This document shows positions 9,194-21,100 of a DNA stretch of 64,000 nt, in pieces. Below the pieces are notes generated by a model that saw only the letters and a list, made by a program, of their open reading frames with translations, was not told where the DNA came from and made no database searches. Position 1 is the stretch's first letter. The number at the start of each line of letters is the position of its first letter. The translations under genes and the position numbers were made by a program. The stretch lies in contig JBCCAR010000003.1 of NCBI GenBank assembly GCA_039814715.1, positions 99,393-163,392 of the forward strand, written 5' to 3'. Origin of the DNA: Pseudomonadota bacterium (GTDB lineage: Bacteria > Pseudomonadota > Alphaproteobacteria > Sphingomonadales > CAKZYD01).

Positions 9194-11902
9194 TTACTCG
9201 TCCGACGTTAAGGCATAATACAGGCTGCCAAGCTGCTGAAGCACGCGGAAAGCGGCTCTGTTTTCTTGGTAGCTGTTGAGCACTTGTTCGAGTTTTGCAT
9301 TGATCAGCGCTTGCTGTGCATCCAGCAAATCAAAGGCTGTGCGGTCGCCTGCGCGAAATTGCTCTTCATACAGCCTTACAACTTCTTTTGCGGCATCTAC
9401 TTGATCGCGAATGGTATCCACCTTCGCGCGGCTGGCATCGATTGCCGTAAAGTCATTGCGAATGTTCTGTTCAACTTCGCGGCGTTGTTTTTCAAACTCG
9501 AAACCAATTTCTTTAATGCGTGCACGTAGACGAGCTGACACTGCGCTGTCAGCGCCGCCGTTGAAAGCATTATAGCGCAAGAACATCATAGCGCGCGCAT
9601 CGCGCGTCTCGCCGGTTTCCCCAGCCACATCCGTCCGCAAGTTGCCTTGAACTTCAACTTCCACTTTTGGCAAGAAATTCCCGCGGTGGCTGCGCAGTTG
9701 GTTGCGAATGGACTTGGTATCCGCCTTCACTTGCAAGAGCCGCGGGCTTTCTTCTACGCTGCGGTCAGCTGCGTCCTGCGGGCTTTGCGGCAGGAGAGAC
9801 AAGTCAAGGAGCGGATCGACCAACAGGCCAGGCGGTGCATCCAAAAGGCGGCGATATTGATCGCGTGCTTGCTGGAGTTTGCTTTCTTCTTCCAACATGA
9901 AGGATTCAGCGTTTGATAAGCTGGAGGCAACGCGGTTCACGTCAGCGGCCGTGCCTTGGCCAGCTTCTTTTTGAGCTGTTACAAGGTTGAGAATGTACTC
10001 ATGCGCTTCTAAGTTTTGATGCGCCAAGGCGACAACTTTTTGCTGCTGCAAAACGCCTAAATAGGCAGTTGTGACTTCGTAAGTGAGGTCTTCCACGCTT
10101 TGCAGCTTTTCCAGCTTGGCCGATTCATAGTTCTGTTTAGCGCGGCGGTAATCAAACTGTGTCAGGCCAAAATCAAACACAGTCTGGCGCAAAGTGGCGT
10201 TGAGTTCACGGCGAATACGGGTGATTTCTTCATTGCCGCTTTGGCGAGAGACTTCTGGTCCGCCGCCAGCGTTGATATCAACTTTCGGCAAGAAGCCAGA
10301 GCGCGCCTCGCGCACAGCATAAAAGGCATCTTCCTGCTGTGCTTCAGCGATTTTTACGTCTGGGTTTGTCGCAATGGCATGTTCCACAGCATCGCGCAAG
10401 GTCTCCAGGCCGCCTTGGCCAATGGGCCGCGCTTCATACTTCGTCGATGTCGTTTTAACAGATGCAACGATGCTGCCGCGGTCTTCATTAGGAACATTCA
10501 AGAGCTTTGCTTCGCCTGGCAAACCGACCATGTCGATCACATCCAATGATTGCTCCCGCGTTAAGAAATCCTGCTGGAGGGTTTGCGGTGTCGCTTCAAT
10601 AGATGGGGCTGTCTCGCCTGCGCCAGCTCGCAAGCTCTCTAAGGCTGTGGATTCCGCGCTGGCCACCTTCGCTGGTTCTTTAAGCTGTTCTGCTGCGATC
10701 GGCGCACTCTCTACAATGGACGCAGACTGCGCGGTCTGCGTCGTTTCGCCAACCAAGCCCTGCCACGCGCCAATGCCTGCCAGTGTAATCTTGGCAGCAG
10801 CGTCACTGGGAGGGTTTGCCGTCCGCTTTTGCTGAACTGAAATGTCATTGTCGGCGTTCGCCGCCGCTGATCGGACAATCTGCGCGTTATAGTCTGCAAG
10901 AGGGTTTTTGGTTTTAGGCAGTGTAGCGAGCTGCTTGCGAACCAAGGCTGGCAGAGGGTCTGGCTTTGGTACTAGGCTTTCAGGCCGCATCAATGGCACG
11001 AGACGTATATCAAATGTGGCAACCTGCTGCGTCGTCAATTGCGCGTTTGTGTGACCGCTTTTAATGGCCGCCATTACTGTGCGTTTTGGCGTCTCCTGCG
11101 TTTCAAAGACAGATATAGGTCTCTTCAGCGCTGCAATCTCAATTGTTTGTATTGGCTCAAGCAGTGCGGCTTGCAGACTTTTTGCGCCTTCCGCGATAGA
11201 AGAGACGCCGCGCTCTAAAGCTGCGACGGAAACTGTCGGGATTTGCGGGTTTAGCGCAGGCGCCAATGACGTTGGTCGTTCAAGACGCTCCAGCGCAATG
11301 CTTTGCGCCTGCGCGAGCTGCGTCCTCATAGCCGTTTTTTCAGCATCACGCGCGCTGAACTCTGCTGCAATTGATTTTATTGCTAAAACATCGCGAGGCA
11401 CGGATGCTACAGTGATATCGCGGCTTGCCTTCAGTTCTTTTGCGGCAAAGGCGCGCTGCCGGGCCAATTCCTTTTGTCTGGTTTTAATTTGCTTTTTATC
11501 AGCCGAACCCAGCAGCGCTTTAGGCCTTTCAAGCGCCTTGAGCGACACATTGAAAGGCGGCGCTTGAACGCGCTGTACGAATTGTGCTTCAGGCTTGATA
11601 ACCGGCAGCATGGGCTGCACCGCTGCTTTTATCACCCGTGCTGGCGATAGCGGCGGCGCGCTGGGTGACTGCGTGTCCCAAGTCTCGGGTTGTTGCACCA
11701 TAGCGTCCGCCGGCCCGGCTGAGGGTTCTATAAAGCGCTCAAAGCCAGGTTGGAGGCCGATCACATCGCCGAAGGTCGCTCGGTCCATATAAATGGGATC
11801 GTCGGAAACGCTGACAATCTTGGGTTTCTTTTTGCCTGCAACCGCAGGGCTCGCCAGCACAATGGCCACTAGGCACAGGCCAGCCAGCCTCAGCACGCGC
11901 AT
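9194..11902 (-). CDS. TolC-family type I secretion outer-membrane protein with ~500-aa N-terminal extension
   Basis: The C-terminal ~405 aa (from GGLETLRDAVEHAIATNPDVKIAEAQQEDAFYAVREARSGFLPKVDINAGG) have the two-repeat TolC/OEP layout. The start is taken at MRVLRLAGLCLVAIVLASPAVAG (signal peptide); the track ORF opens 15 codons earlier. Residues ~40-510 are non-TolC and Ala/Pro/Gln-rich with recurring ALERP-like motifs. Confidence 0.85.
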   Translation of the reverse strand: MRVLRLAGLCLVAIVLASPAVAGKKKPKIVSVSDDPIYMDRATFGDVIGLQPGFERFIEPSAGPADAMVQQPETWDTQSPSAPPLSPARVIKAAVQPMLPVIKPEAQFVQRVQAPPFNVSLKALERPKALLGSADKKQIKTRQKELARQRAFAAKELKASRDITVASVPRDVLAIKSIAAEFSARDAEKTAMRTQLAQAQSIALERLERPTSLAPALNPQIPTVSVAALERGVSSIAEGAKSLQAALLEPIQTIEIAALKRPISVFETQETPKRTVMAAIKSGHTNAQLTTQQVATFDIRLVPLMRPESLVPKPDPLPALVRKQLATLPKTKNPLADYNAQIVRSAAANADNDISVQQKRTANPPSDAAAKITLAGIGAWQGLVGETTQTAQSASIVESAPIAAEQLKEPAKVASAESTALESLRAGAGETAPSIEATPQTLQQDFLTREQSLDVIDMVGLPGEAKLLNVPNEDRGSIVASVKTTSTKYEARPIGQGGLETLRDAVEHAIATNPDVKIAEAQQEDAFYAVREARSGFLPKVDINAGGGPEVSRQSGNEEITRIRRELNATLRQTVFDFGLTQFDYRRAKQNYESAKLEKLQSVEDLTYEVTTAYLGVLQQQKVVALAHQNLEAHEYILNLVTAQKEAGQGTAADVNRVASSLSNAESFMLEEESKLQQARDQYRRLLDAPPGLLVDPLLDLSLLPQSPQDAADRSVEESPRLLQVKADTKSIRNQLRSHRGNFLPKVEVEVQGNLRTDVAGETGETRDARAMMFLRYNAFNGGADSAVSARLRARIKEIGFEFEKQRREVEQNIRNDFTAIDASRAKVDTIRDQVDAAKEVVRLYEEQFRAGDRTAFDLLDAQQALINAKLEQVLNSYQENRAAFRVLQQLGSLYYALTSDE

Positions 11903-12160
11903 GCGTACTGTGGTTGCCAGCAGGTATTTTTTCCCGCTGATCAACACCTGGCCAACCTATTGCGTGTTGCCACTGACACTAAACTCCAAACTCGCGCGAA
12001 AACTTCTTTACGAAATATTTAGATAAGTAAACGAAATGTAATCGTAGACCTCCGCTAAGAAATCACTTTCTAAACAGGCAAGGTAAAGGGTGAGTTAACC
12101 CTAACGTTCTCCAAATAATTTCTACAATTTTCACTATTTGGAAAGCCTGGCGGATGAAAA

Positions 12161-15100
12161 ATGGCAATTCGAAGTATTGTGTCAGTGGCGAATGGGTCTT
12201 CAATGGCTGAAGAGCAGACGGCGGGTTCACCGCCTTCAGAAGAAAATGTGCAAACAGATCAGAACGTTGCACCGCTGGCTGTTGCCGAAGTGGCAGCGGG
12301 CGGTCAGCTTGTGTTCGACTTCCCTTACGAATCGGTTGAACTTGAGTTCATCGATGTCGACGTCCTTTTTAAGTTCCCAGATGGTAGCCAAGTCCTCGTA
12401 CCAGGTCTTGGTTTGCTCGCGCTATCTGACAATCCGCCGACGATTGTGTTTGCTGGCTTTCCAATCCCGGCAGACCAGCTGCTAACCCGCGTTGGCGAAT
12501 TTACGGACATTCCCGAAGCAACACCGCCTTTGTTTAGTTCAGAAGAAACCCTGGACCCGGTGGAGGAGACAGACGATTCCGCTGAGCAGGCTGAGTTTTT
12601 GACGGCTGCTGAGCAACAGGCTCCTGGCGGCATCCTATCAGAGACAATTGAAGAGGCTGCTGCTCAAAAGGCAGTTGAAGAAAGTGAAGCGGATTCCGAC
12701 GCGGAAGAACAAAGCCGCATTATCGAGAAAATCAGCAATGAGAGCGCATCTGCTGCTGCTGCTCCGATGGACCCTGCCTCTAGCCCAGATCCCACCGAAG
12801 AGGTTGGTAGCTCGATTGCTGAACTCACGCCTTCCATTACGATAGAATTGTTCGGCGTCACAGGCCAAACAACCGAAGTCGTAGATGGCCGCACGATCTT
12901 ACGCGGCGCGGCTGCAGCGACGGGTGCTGACGAAGACCCAGCCTTCGGCGCGCAAGTTGAACGCGAACAGATTACTGGCAGTTCAGCGAGTGAGACTATC
13001 ATCGCTGATTCTGAAGTGTTAGCGCCCGAGGGTTTCACAACGCGGATTTTGCGCGTTGTCGCTGATATTCCCCAATCGGGTGTTGAAGTGACCAAGATCA
13101 CTGTTCCAACGCTTCCAGATGGCTTCTCGGTTATTAATGGTGAGCTGACGGACGCAGGCTGGGTCATCGATTTAGACGATCCCCTGGCGAATGCAGATTT
13201 TGATGTTGCAGCTGTGAACATCGGCTCCACTGCGGTCGGGTTTGATATTCAGCTGCAATATGCCATTCCCGAAGATGGGGTGACCCAAACAGAGTCAGGC
13301 TTTCTCAACGAGTTCTTTGTTCCCATTGCCTTTACCTTGAGTTCAGAAAGCGCCCAGAGCGTTTCTGTCGCTTCAGTTCAGGCGCGGATGGCGGTCAATC
13401 CGGCCGCCTCTGAAGAGGACGTCTACCTGGTTGATGAACAATCAGGCGAAGCTATTACGGTTTTGTTTGATGTACCGCCAGGCAACATCATTGATGCTGG
13501 CGCGGGCGATGACTTGATTGTTGCCGGTGCTGGGCAAGACGACATTGACGGCGGAACGGGCGAGGACCTCGTCTCCTATGAAACCTCTGACGAAAGTGTA
13601 GAGGTCAACCTAGAAAACGGCGCTGGTACAGGTGGCTATGCAGAAGGCGATAATTTCACCGGCATCGAAGGCGCCATAGGCTCACGCTTTGATGATGTAT
13701 TGCGCGGCGGAGCCGGTGATGAACGCTTTTCCGGCCGCGGCGGCGAAGACGAATTAATTGGCGGCGCGGGCGTAGATATCGCCGACTACCGCATATCTGC
13801 AGAAGCGATCACCTTATCAACAGACGGCAGCCTTGGCGCCGGCGGCGATGCGCTAGGTGATACACTTACGCAAATTGAAGGCATTGATGCCACCGACTTT
13901 AATGACGTGCTCACTGGCTCTGGCGCCAATGAAATTCTGCGCGGTTTTGCTGGCGATGACACAATCGTTGGCCTTGGCGGCGCAGACGTCCTCGACGGCG
14001 GTGAGGGCTATGACATCACCGATTACAGCGCGTCTTCTGCTGCGGTCACTGTCTTCTTGGACGGTAGGACAGGCAGCGGCGGCGATGCGGCCGGGGATGT
14101 TTTAAGCGGCTTTGAAGAGCTACGCGGTTCCGCTTTTGATGACAATTTGACGGGTGACGCCGCTGACAATTTCCTCGTCGGTGGCCTCGGCGCAGACACC
14201 ATCGACGGCGCCGGCGGGATTGATACAGTTGATTTTAGCGCTTCAGAGGAGGCCGTCACTGTCTTTATGGATGGCCGTGTTGGCTCTGGCGGTAAGGCAG
14301 AAGGCGACGTTATCACCAATGTTGAGCGTCTCTTTGGCTCAGACTTTGACGATACATTGATCGGGGGCGATGGCGAAGACAGCATCTTCGGCGGGCTTGG
14401 GGATGATGTGATCTCCGGCGGCGCTGCGGGCGATATGCTGTATGGCGGCGAAGGCTTTGATGCCGTTTCCTATGAGTTCTCTAGCGCTGCTGTGAATGTC
14501 TCCCTCGATGGCACGTCCACGGGCGGTGATGCGCAAGGCGATCTCTTTTTTGATGTTGAAGCGCTGTTTGGCTCGAACTTCAGTGACACGCTCAGCGGGA
14601 CTGCAGGCAATGATCAGCTCTCCGGCTTGGGCGGTGACGACATCCTGATCGGCGGTGAAGGCGGGGACATCCTGACAGGCGGCGCCGGGTTTGATGCTGC
14701 AGATTATTCAAATTCACGCACTGGTGTCACCGTCTATCTCGATGGCACGATCTCTGAAGGTGGAGAGGCGGACGGCGATACTCTGACTGAAATTGAGCAA
14801 GTCATCGGATCGCGCCGTGCTGACATTATAAACGGTTCGGACAGCGATGATCTTTTAGAAGGCCGGGACGGCGATGACATTCTAGAAGGTGCCAGCGGCG
14901 CTGATACTCTTGAAGGCGGAGACGGCCTCGACACCGCTCGATATGCGTCCAGTGATGTTGGTGTCTTGGTTGATTTGCTAGGCAATGCCGGCACTGGCGG
15001 TCATGCGCAAGGCGACCGACTGCAGGATATTGAAAACCTGACGGGGTCCGGTTTCGCCGATCAGTTGACCGGCTCAGCGGGAAACAACGCGCTCGATGGT

Positions 15101-18100
15101 TTGGGCGGTGATGATATTTTAGAGGGCCTCGCCGGCGCAGATACACTGCGCGGCGGCGATGGGGTTGATACGGTCACGTATGCGGCGTCTTTCGAAGGCG
15201 TGACGATCGATCTGTTTACCTCCACTGGCTTTGGCGGCCATGCTGAAGGCGACCTGATCTTCCAAATCGAGAATGTAATTGGCACCCAGGCAGCGGACCG
15301 CATTACAGGGAACGCTGAGGTCAATCAGCTTGACGGTGCTGGAGGCGATGATGTTCTCGTTGGCGGTATCGGGGCAGATGTTCTTCTCGGTGGCACCGGC
15401 ATTGATACAGCCAGCTATATTAATGCGTTAGCTGGTGTCACAGCATCTTTGGCTCTCGATGGCGGCACCGTCGGTGATGCGCAGGGCGATACGTATTCCT
15501 CGATTGAGAACTTAGAAGGCTCTAACCTTGCCGATACATTGATCGGCGACGACGATGACAACGCCTTATCGGGCCTCGCTGGCGATGATACCCTCATTGG
15601 CGGCGCCGGTGCAGACACCATCACTGGCGGCGGCGGGTTCGACACGGTTGATTTCTCCACTGAGACCGCAAATTTGATCATCCGCCTCAATGGTGATGCT
15701 TCTATTGGCGGAGAGGCAACCGGCGACCGGTTTTTTGAAATCGAACAGGTCATTTCCGGGAGCGGAGACGATCAGCTAACCGGCTCAACAGCAAATGAGA
15801 GCCTTCTCGGCGGCGACGGCAATGACATCTTGGTCGGCGGCGCTGGCGCGGACTTGCTTGATGGCGGCGCCGGCATTGATAGCGTAACCTATGCGGCATC
15901 AGCGACGTCGGTTATTCTCAATCTGGATGGCTCCCCATCGCTTGGCGGTGATGCAGATGGCGATACCATTATCAATTTGGAAATCGTCACTGCCTCAGAG
16001 TTTAACGATCAAGTGTTTGGCGCTGCCGCCAGCGAGACGATCTTTGGCGGAGCCGGTAACGACGATATTTATTCTGGCTTGGGCGCTGACATTCTGGATG
16101 GCGGGCTGGGATTTGATACGGCTAATTATAGCCTGTCAGGCGCTGCCGTCACAGCAAGCCTTGGCGGCGGGCCTGGCTTTGGCGGAGATGCGCAAGGCGA
16201 CACGCTCACTGGGTTCGAGCGGCTTTTTGGTTCTGCATTCGGCGATACGCTTATTGGCGGGGACAGCGATGATACGCTAGAAGGCGGCGCTGGTGATGAC
16301 GTGCTTGCAGGTTTTGGCGGCGCAGACAACCTTGTCGGCGGGGCTGGCCAAGATATTGCCGATTATAGCGCATCTGGGTCTGCGGTTTTTGTCCGATTGG
16401 ATGGGTCATTATCGTCCGGCGGCGATGCAGCTGGCGATACGCTCAATAGCATTGAAGGCGCCATTGGCTCCGTCTTTAACGACAATATCGTTGGTTCCAT
16501 TAACGACGAGATTATTCGCGGCGGTGCTGGCGACGACACGCTTGATGGCGGTCTTGGTGCGGATGAAATCATTGGCGGCGCCGGCATTGATACACTCGAT
16601 TACCGCGGTAGCTCGGCTGCTATCTCCATCCGTTTAGACGGGTCACTCAGTACAGGGGGATTTGCTGAAGGCGACCAAGTCAGCGAAGTAGAGATCGTTT
16701 TTGGATCAAGCTTTGGCGATACGATCGTTGGCGAAACGGCAGCCGAAACACTCGATGGCGGCCTTGGAGATGACATCCTCACAGGGGCTGGCGGCGATGA
16801 CATTTTGCGCGGCGCAACGGGTGAAGATACTTTAGAGGGCGGTCAAGGCGCTGACTTGCTTGAAGGCGATGAAGGAGATGACACTCTTAGCGGCGGCGTA
16901 GGCGCTGACGTCTTAGACGGCGGCGGCGGACTTGATACGGTCACCTACATAACATCTGGCCAGGGCGTAACGGTGGCTTTGGATGGCAGCGCTGGTGCTG
17001 GCGGTGATGCGCAAGGTGATACCTACATTCAGATCGAACGTGTCATTGGCTCAGATTTTGCTGATAGCCTCAGTGGCAGCAGCGACAATGATGTTCTAGA
17101 AGGCGGGGCGTCGAACGATACTCTGGCAGGCCTCATTGGGGCCGATACGCTGCGCGGTGATGATGGCGACGATATCCTTATTGGCGGTCTTGGCGCTGAT
17201 ACTCTAGATGGCGGCGCTGGTATTGACTTGGCCGATTACAGTGGGTCAGCCGCTGGGATCATCGTTTCAACCACAGGTGCACCTGGCGGCGGCGGCGATG
17301 CTGCTGGCGACTCCCTAATTTCAATTGAGACTGTGCTTGGGTCCACTTTCGCGGATGTTATTTCGGGCAGCACGGCAGATGAATTGCTGCGCGGTAACGA
17401 TGGTGATGATGTCTTAGCTGGCGGCGCTGGCGCGGATGATCTGCGCGGCGATAGCGGTTTCGATACCGTCGATTATACCGCCTCCAACGCAGCTGTTGTT
17501 GTAGACATGTTCAACGACACTGCCACTGGCGGCCACGCTGCGGGCGATGTTTTTGACTCCATCGAAGCGGTTACCGGTTCGAGCTTTGATGACGTCTTAA
17601 GCGCAGACACCGGCGCTGGCGCAACGCTTGATGGCGGAGACGGCGACGATGATCTGCGGGGGCGCGACGCAGAAGACACTCTGCGCGGCGGGGATGACAA
17701 CGATATCCTCCAAGGCTTTGGCGGCGCCGATGATTTAGACGGCGGCGACGGTTTTGATACCGCCACTTACGCAAATTCCGCCTTTGCCGTTCGTGCGTTC
17801 TTGGATGGCACAACTGGCGCAGATGGCGACGCTGCTGGCGACCGCTTGACGAGTATTGAGCGTCTCGTTGGCTCAAACCTAGACGATACGCTGACCGGCG
17901 GAACCAGTGATGATACATTAGAAGGCGGGCAAGGCGCTGACTTACTCCTTGGCGGCCAGGGCGTGGATACGCTGCTTGGCGGCCAAGGCGATGACCAGCT
18001 CAATGGCGGCCAGGGCGGGGACACCATTGACGGCGGCGCAGGTGTTGACCTTCTCGATTATTCTGGATCAACCCTCGGCGTTACCGTTAACCTCGATGGC

Positions 18101-21100
18101 AGCGTGTCGACCGGCGGCGACGCACAGGGCGATATTGTTACCAATGTAGAGCAGGTCCTTGGCTCTTCCGTTGATGATGTTTTGACTGGCACCGCTGCCG
18201 ATGATTTGCTTGACGGCGGGTTTGGCAATGATCAGCTGAACGGTGAAGGCGGGGTCGACACTTTGCTCGGCGGTCAGGGCGATGACGTGCTTGATGGCGG
18301 CTTGGGCGGCGATATTTTAGACGGCGGTGCAGGCTTTGACCGCATTTCATATGCGCAATCAACCCAAGCTGTGCAGGTGGTTTTGGATGGCACAGTCTCC
18401 ACAGGCGGCCAAGCCCAAGGGGACCAAATTTCGGACGTCGAGCTGATCATCGGGAGCGATTTCGATGACGTGATGACAGGCGTTGCCAACGATGAGGTCT
18501 TTGAAGGCGGCGATGGCGACGACTTATTGATTGGCAACGCGGGGACAGATACCCTGCGCGGCCAGGACGGCAACGATACCCTCATTGGGGGCGAAGACGG
18601 CGACACGCTGGAAGGCGGCGCTGGCATTGATACAGCTGACTATTCTGCATCGACGGCTGCGGTGACCATTGACCTCAATGGGACTTTGGTTGCCGGCGGC
18701 GATGCCAATGGGGACACCTTAAGCAGCATCGAGCGCCTCATTGGCACCAGCGCGGATGATATTCTGCGCGGCATCAATGTTGATGAAACGCTCATCGGGA
18801 ATGACGGCCGCGATACCCTTGAAGGGCGCGGCGGGGCCGATGTGCTTCAGGGCGGGGAAAACAATGACACCCTTATTGGCGGTACCGGCGCAGATACGCT
18901 CGATGGTGGCGCAGGGCTCGATACCGTCACTTACGCCGACGCCGCGGGCAGCGTTACTGTCTTCTTGGACGGGTCCTTGGGCGCAGGAGATGAAGCCCTG
19001 GGTGATACTCTAACCGCAATTGAAATCCTCATCGGCTCTGACTTTGACGACGTGTTGACAGGCTTTAACGCAGCAGAGCAGCTCGAAGGCGGCGACGGCG
19101 ATGACGTGCTCAGCGGCGGCGATGAAGATGATGATTTGCGCGGCGGTATCGGCCAAGACACCTTGATCGGCGGACGTGGTGCAGACGCTATCGATGGCGG
19201 AGATGGCATTGATACCGTCGACTACACAGGCGCGGAAGGCGGCGTTATTGCGCGGCTCGACGGCGTTGCTGGCAGTAATTTTGAAGCGCAAGGTGATTTG
19301 ATTACCAACGCTGAACGCCTGCTGGGCTCGGCGTTTGATGATGAGTTAGTCGGCAGCGGTCAGAATGACCAGTTAGAAGGCAATGCCGGGGCCGACTTAT
19401 TGCGCGGCGCAAGCGGCGATGATGCCCTCTTCGGCGGTCTTGGCGCTGATACGCTTGAAGGCAGTATCGGGAACGACACGCTAGACGGCGGCGCAAACGA
19501 TGACATCCTGCGCGGCGGCGCAAATGGGGATGTGCTGCGCGGCGATGCAGGTTTTGATACAGCAGATTACTCAGATTCGGCCTCGCGCATTATTGTCAGC
19601 CTGGATGGGTCTGCGGGCCTAGGCGGCGATGCACAAGGTGATACACTCTTTGATATCGAGCGTGTGATTGGCACGTTTGACGATGATGAAATCACCGGTA
19701 TTGGCGGCAATGAGACGCTTGAGGGCGGCCTCGGCAATGATGACTTAGAAGGCGCTGGCGGCGACGATATTCTGCTTGGCGGCGGCGGCGACGACAACCT
19801 GTCTGGCGGCGCTGGTGCAGACGCCCTTGATGGCGGTGATGACATTGACACGGCTGACTATTCCGGTAGTTCCGTTGGTATCCAGCTCACACTAGATGGC
19901 GTGACAGTCGGGCAAGGCGGCGACGCGCAAGGCGATACGCTGATCAACATCGAACGTCTTTTTGGTTCCGATTTCGACGATGTCCTTACTGGCTTTAGCT
20001 TGAATGAAATTCTCGAAGGCGGGGACGGCGATGACATCATCAGTTCCTTAGGCGGTACTGATACCATCCGCGGCGGCGATGGCAATGACACTCTTCGCGG
20101 CGGCGCCGATGCCGATATCATTGATGGCGGCGCGGATTTCGATACCGTGCTGTATGACACATCAGACGCCGGTGTGACCGTTAATCTCAACGGCGTTGCC
20201 GGTATAAACGGTCATGCGCAAGGCGATGTGCTTAGCCTCGTTGAACGTGTTGTTGGGTCAGATTTCGCTGATACGCTTAATGGCTTTAACGCGGCTGATG
20301 TTCTCGAAGGCGGCGCCGAAGACGATGTCATTTCAGGTGGCGCAGGAAATGACACTCTGCGCGGCGATGCTGGCGATGACCAGATCGACGGCGGCGACAA
20401 TGATGACACCATTGATGGCGGGACTGGCGACGACACGATTACCGGCAGCGACGGGACGGATGCCATCGATGGCGGCGACGATTTCGACACCATTGATTAC
20501 AGCACACAAACGACAAATCTGTTCATCTATCTAGATGGAACTGCCAATGCTGGCGGCGATGCCACCGGCGATACGCTATCAAATATCGAACAGGTCTTTG
20601 GTGGGCTACTGAACGATACGATTATCGGTACGGCAGAAGACGAAGTCTTAGAAGGCCGGGCCGGCATGGACCGCCTAGAAGGGCGCGGCGGCGACGACAT
20701 CCTGCGCGGCGGGTCTGAGCAGGACACCCTTATTGGCGGCGCTGGCGCAGACACGCTTGTCGGTGGCGGCGATACAGATACGGCTGATTATAGCGGCGCT
20801 GGCGGCGGCGTGACGGTACGTACGGATGGGATGGCCGGCACGGGCAGCGATGCCGAAGGCGATACGCTTGAGACAATTGAAGTTGTCATTGGGTCTGACT
20901 TTGCAGACACGTTGATCGGCAACGATACATTCGCGACAACGCTAGAAGGCGGCGATCTCAACGATGTCCTCACCGGCGGCGCACTCAGCGATACGCTGCG
21001 CGGCCAAGATGGCGATGATACGCTGATCGGGCTTGCTGGCTCAGACACGCTTGAAGGCGGTATGGGCTTTGATACGGTCGATTATTCCGCATCATCAGCC

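Noticed and set aside
11948-12160. A possible c-di-GMP riboswitch (GEMM) or other leader RNA in the AT-richer 213-nt region upstream of the giant gene.
   Set aside because: I could not find the conserved GEMM-I/II sequence features or convincing paired helices by eye. A covariance-model scan would be needed to settle it. The region is probably just the divergent promoter for the TolC-like and adhesin genes.
12293-12301. A dialanine motif (VAAGG, residues 44-48 of the giant protein) that might be a LapG-type cleavage site.
   Set aside because: AAG is a trivial motif in an Ala-rich region. It lies before, not after, the folded-looking N-terminal domain. No LapG (BTLCP protease) or LapD gene is present in the window.
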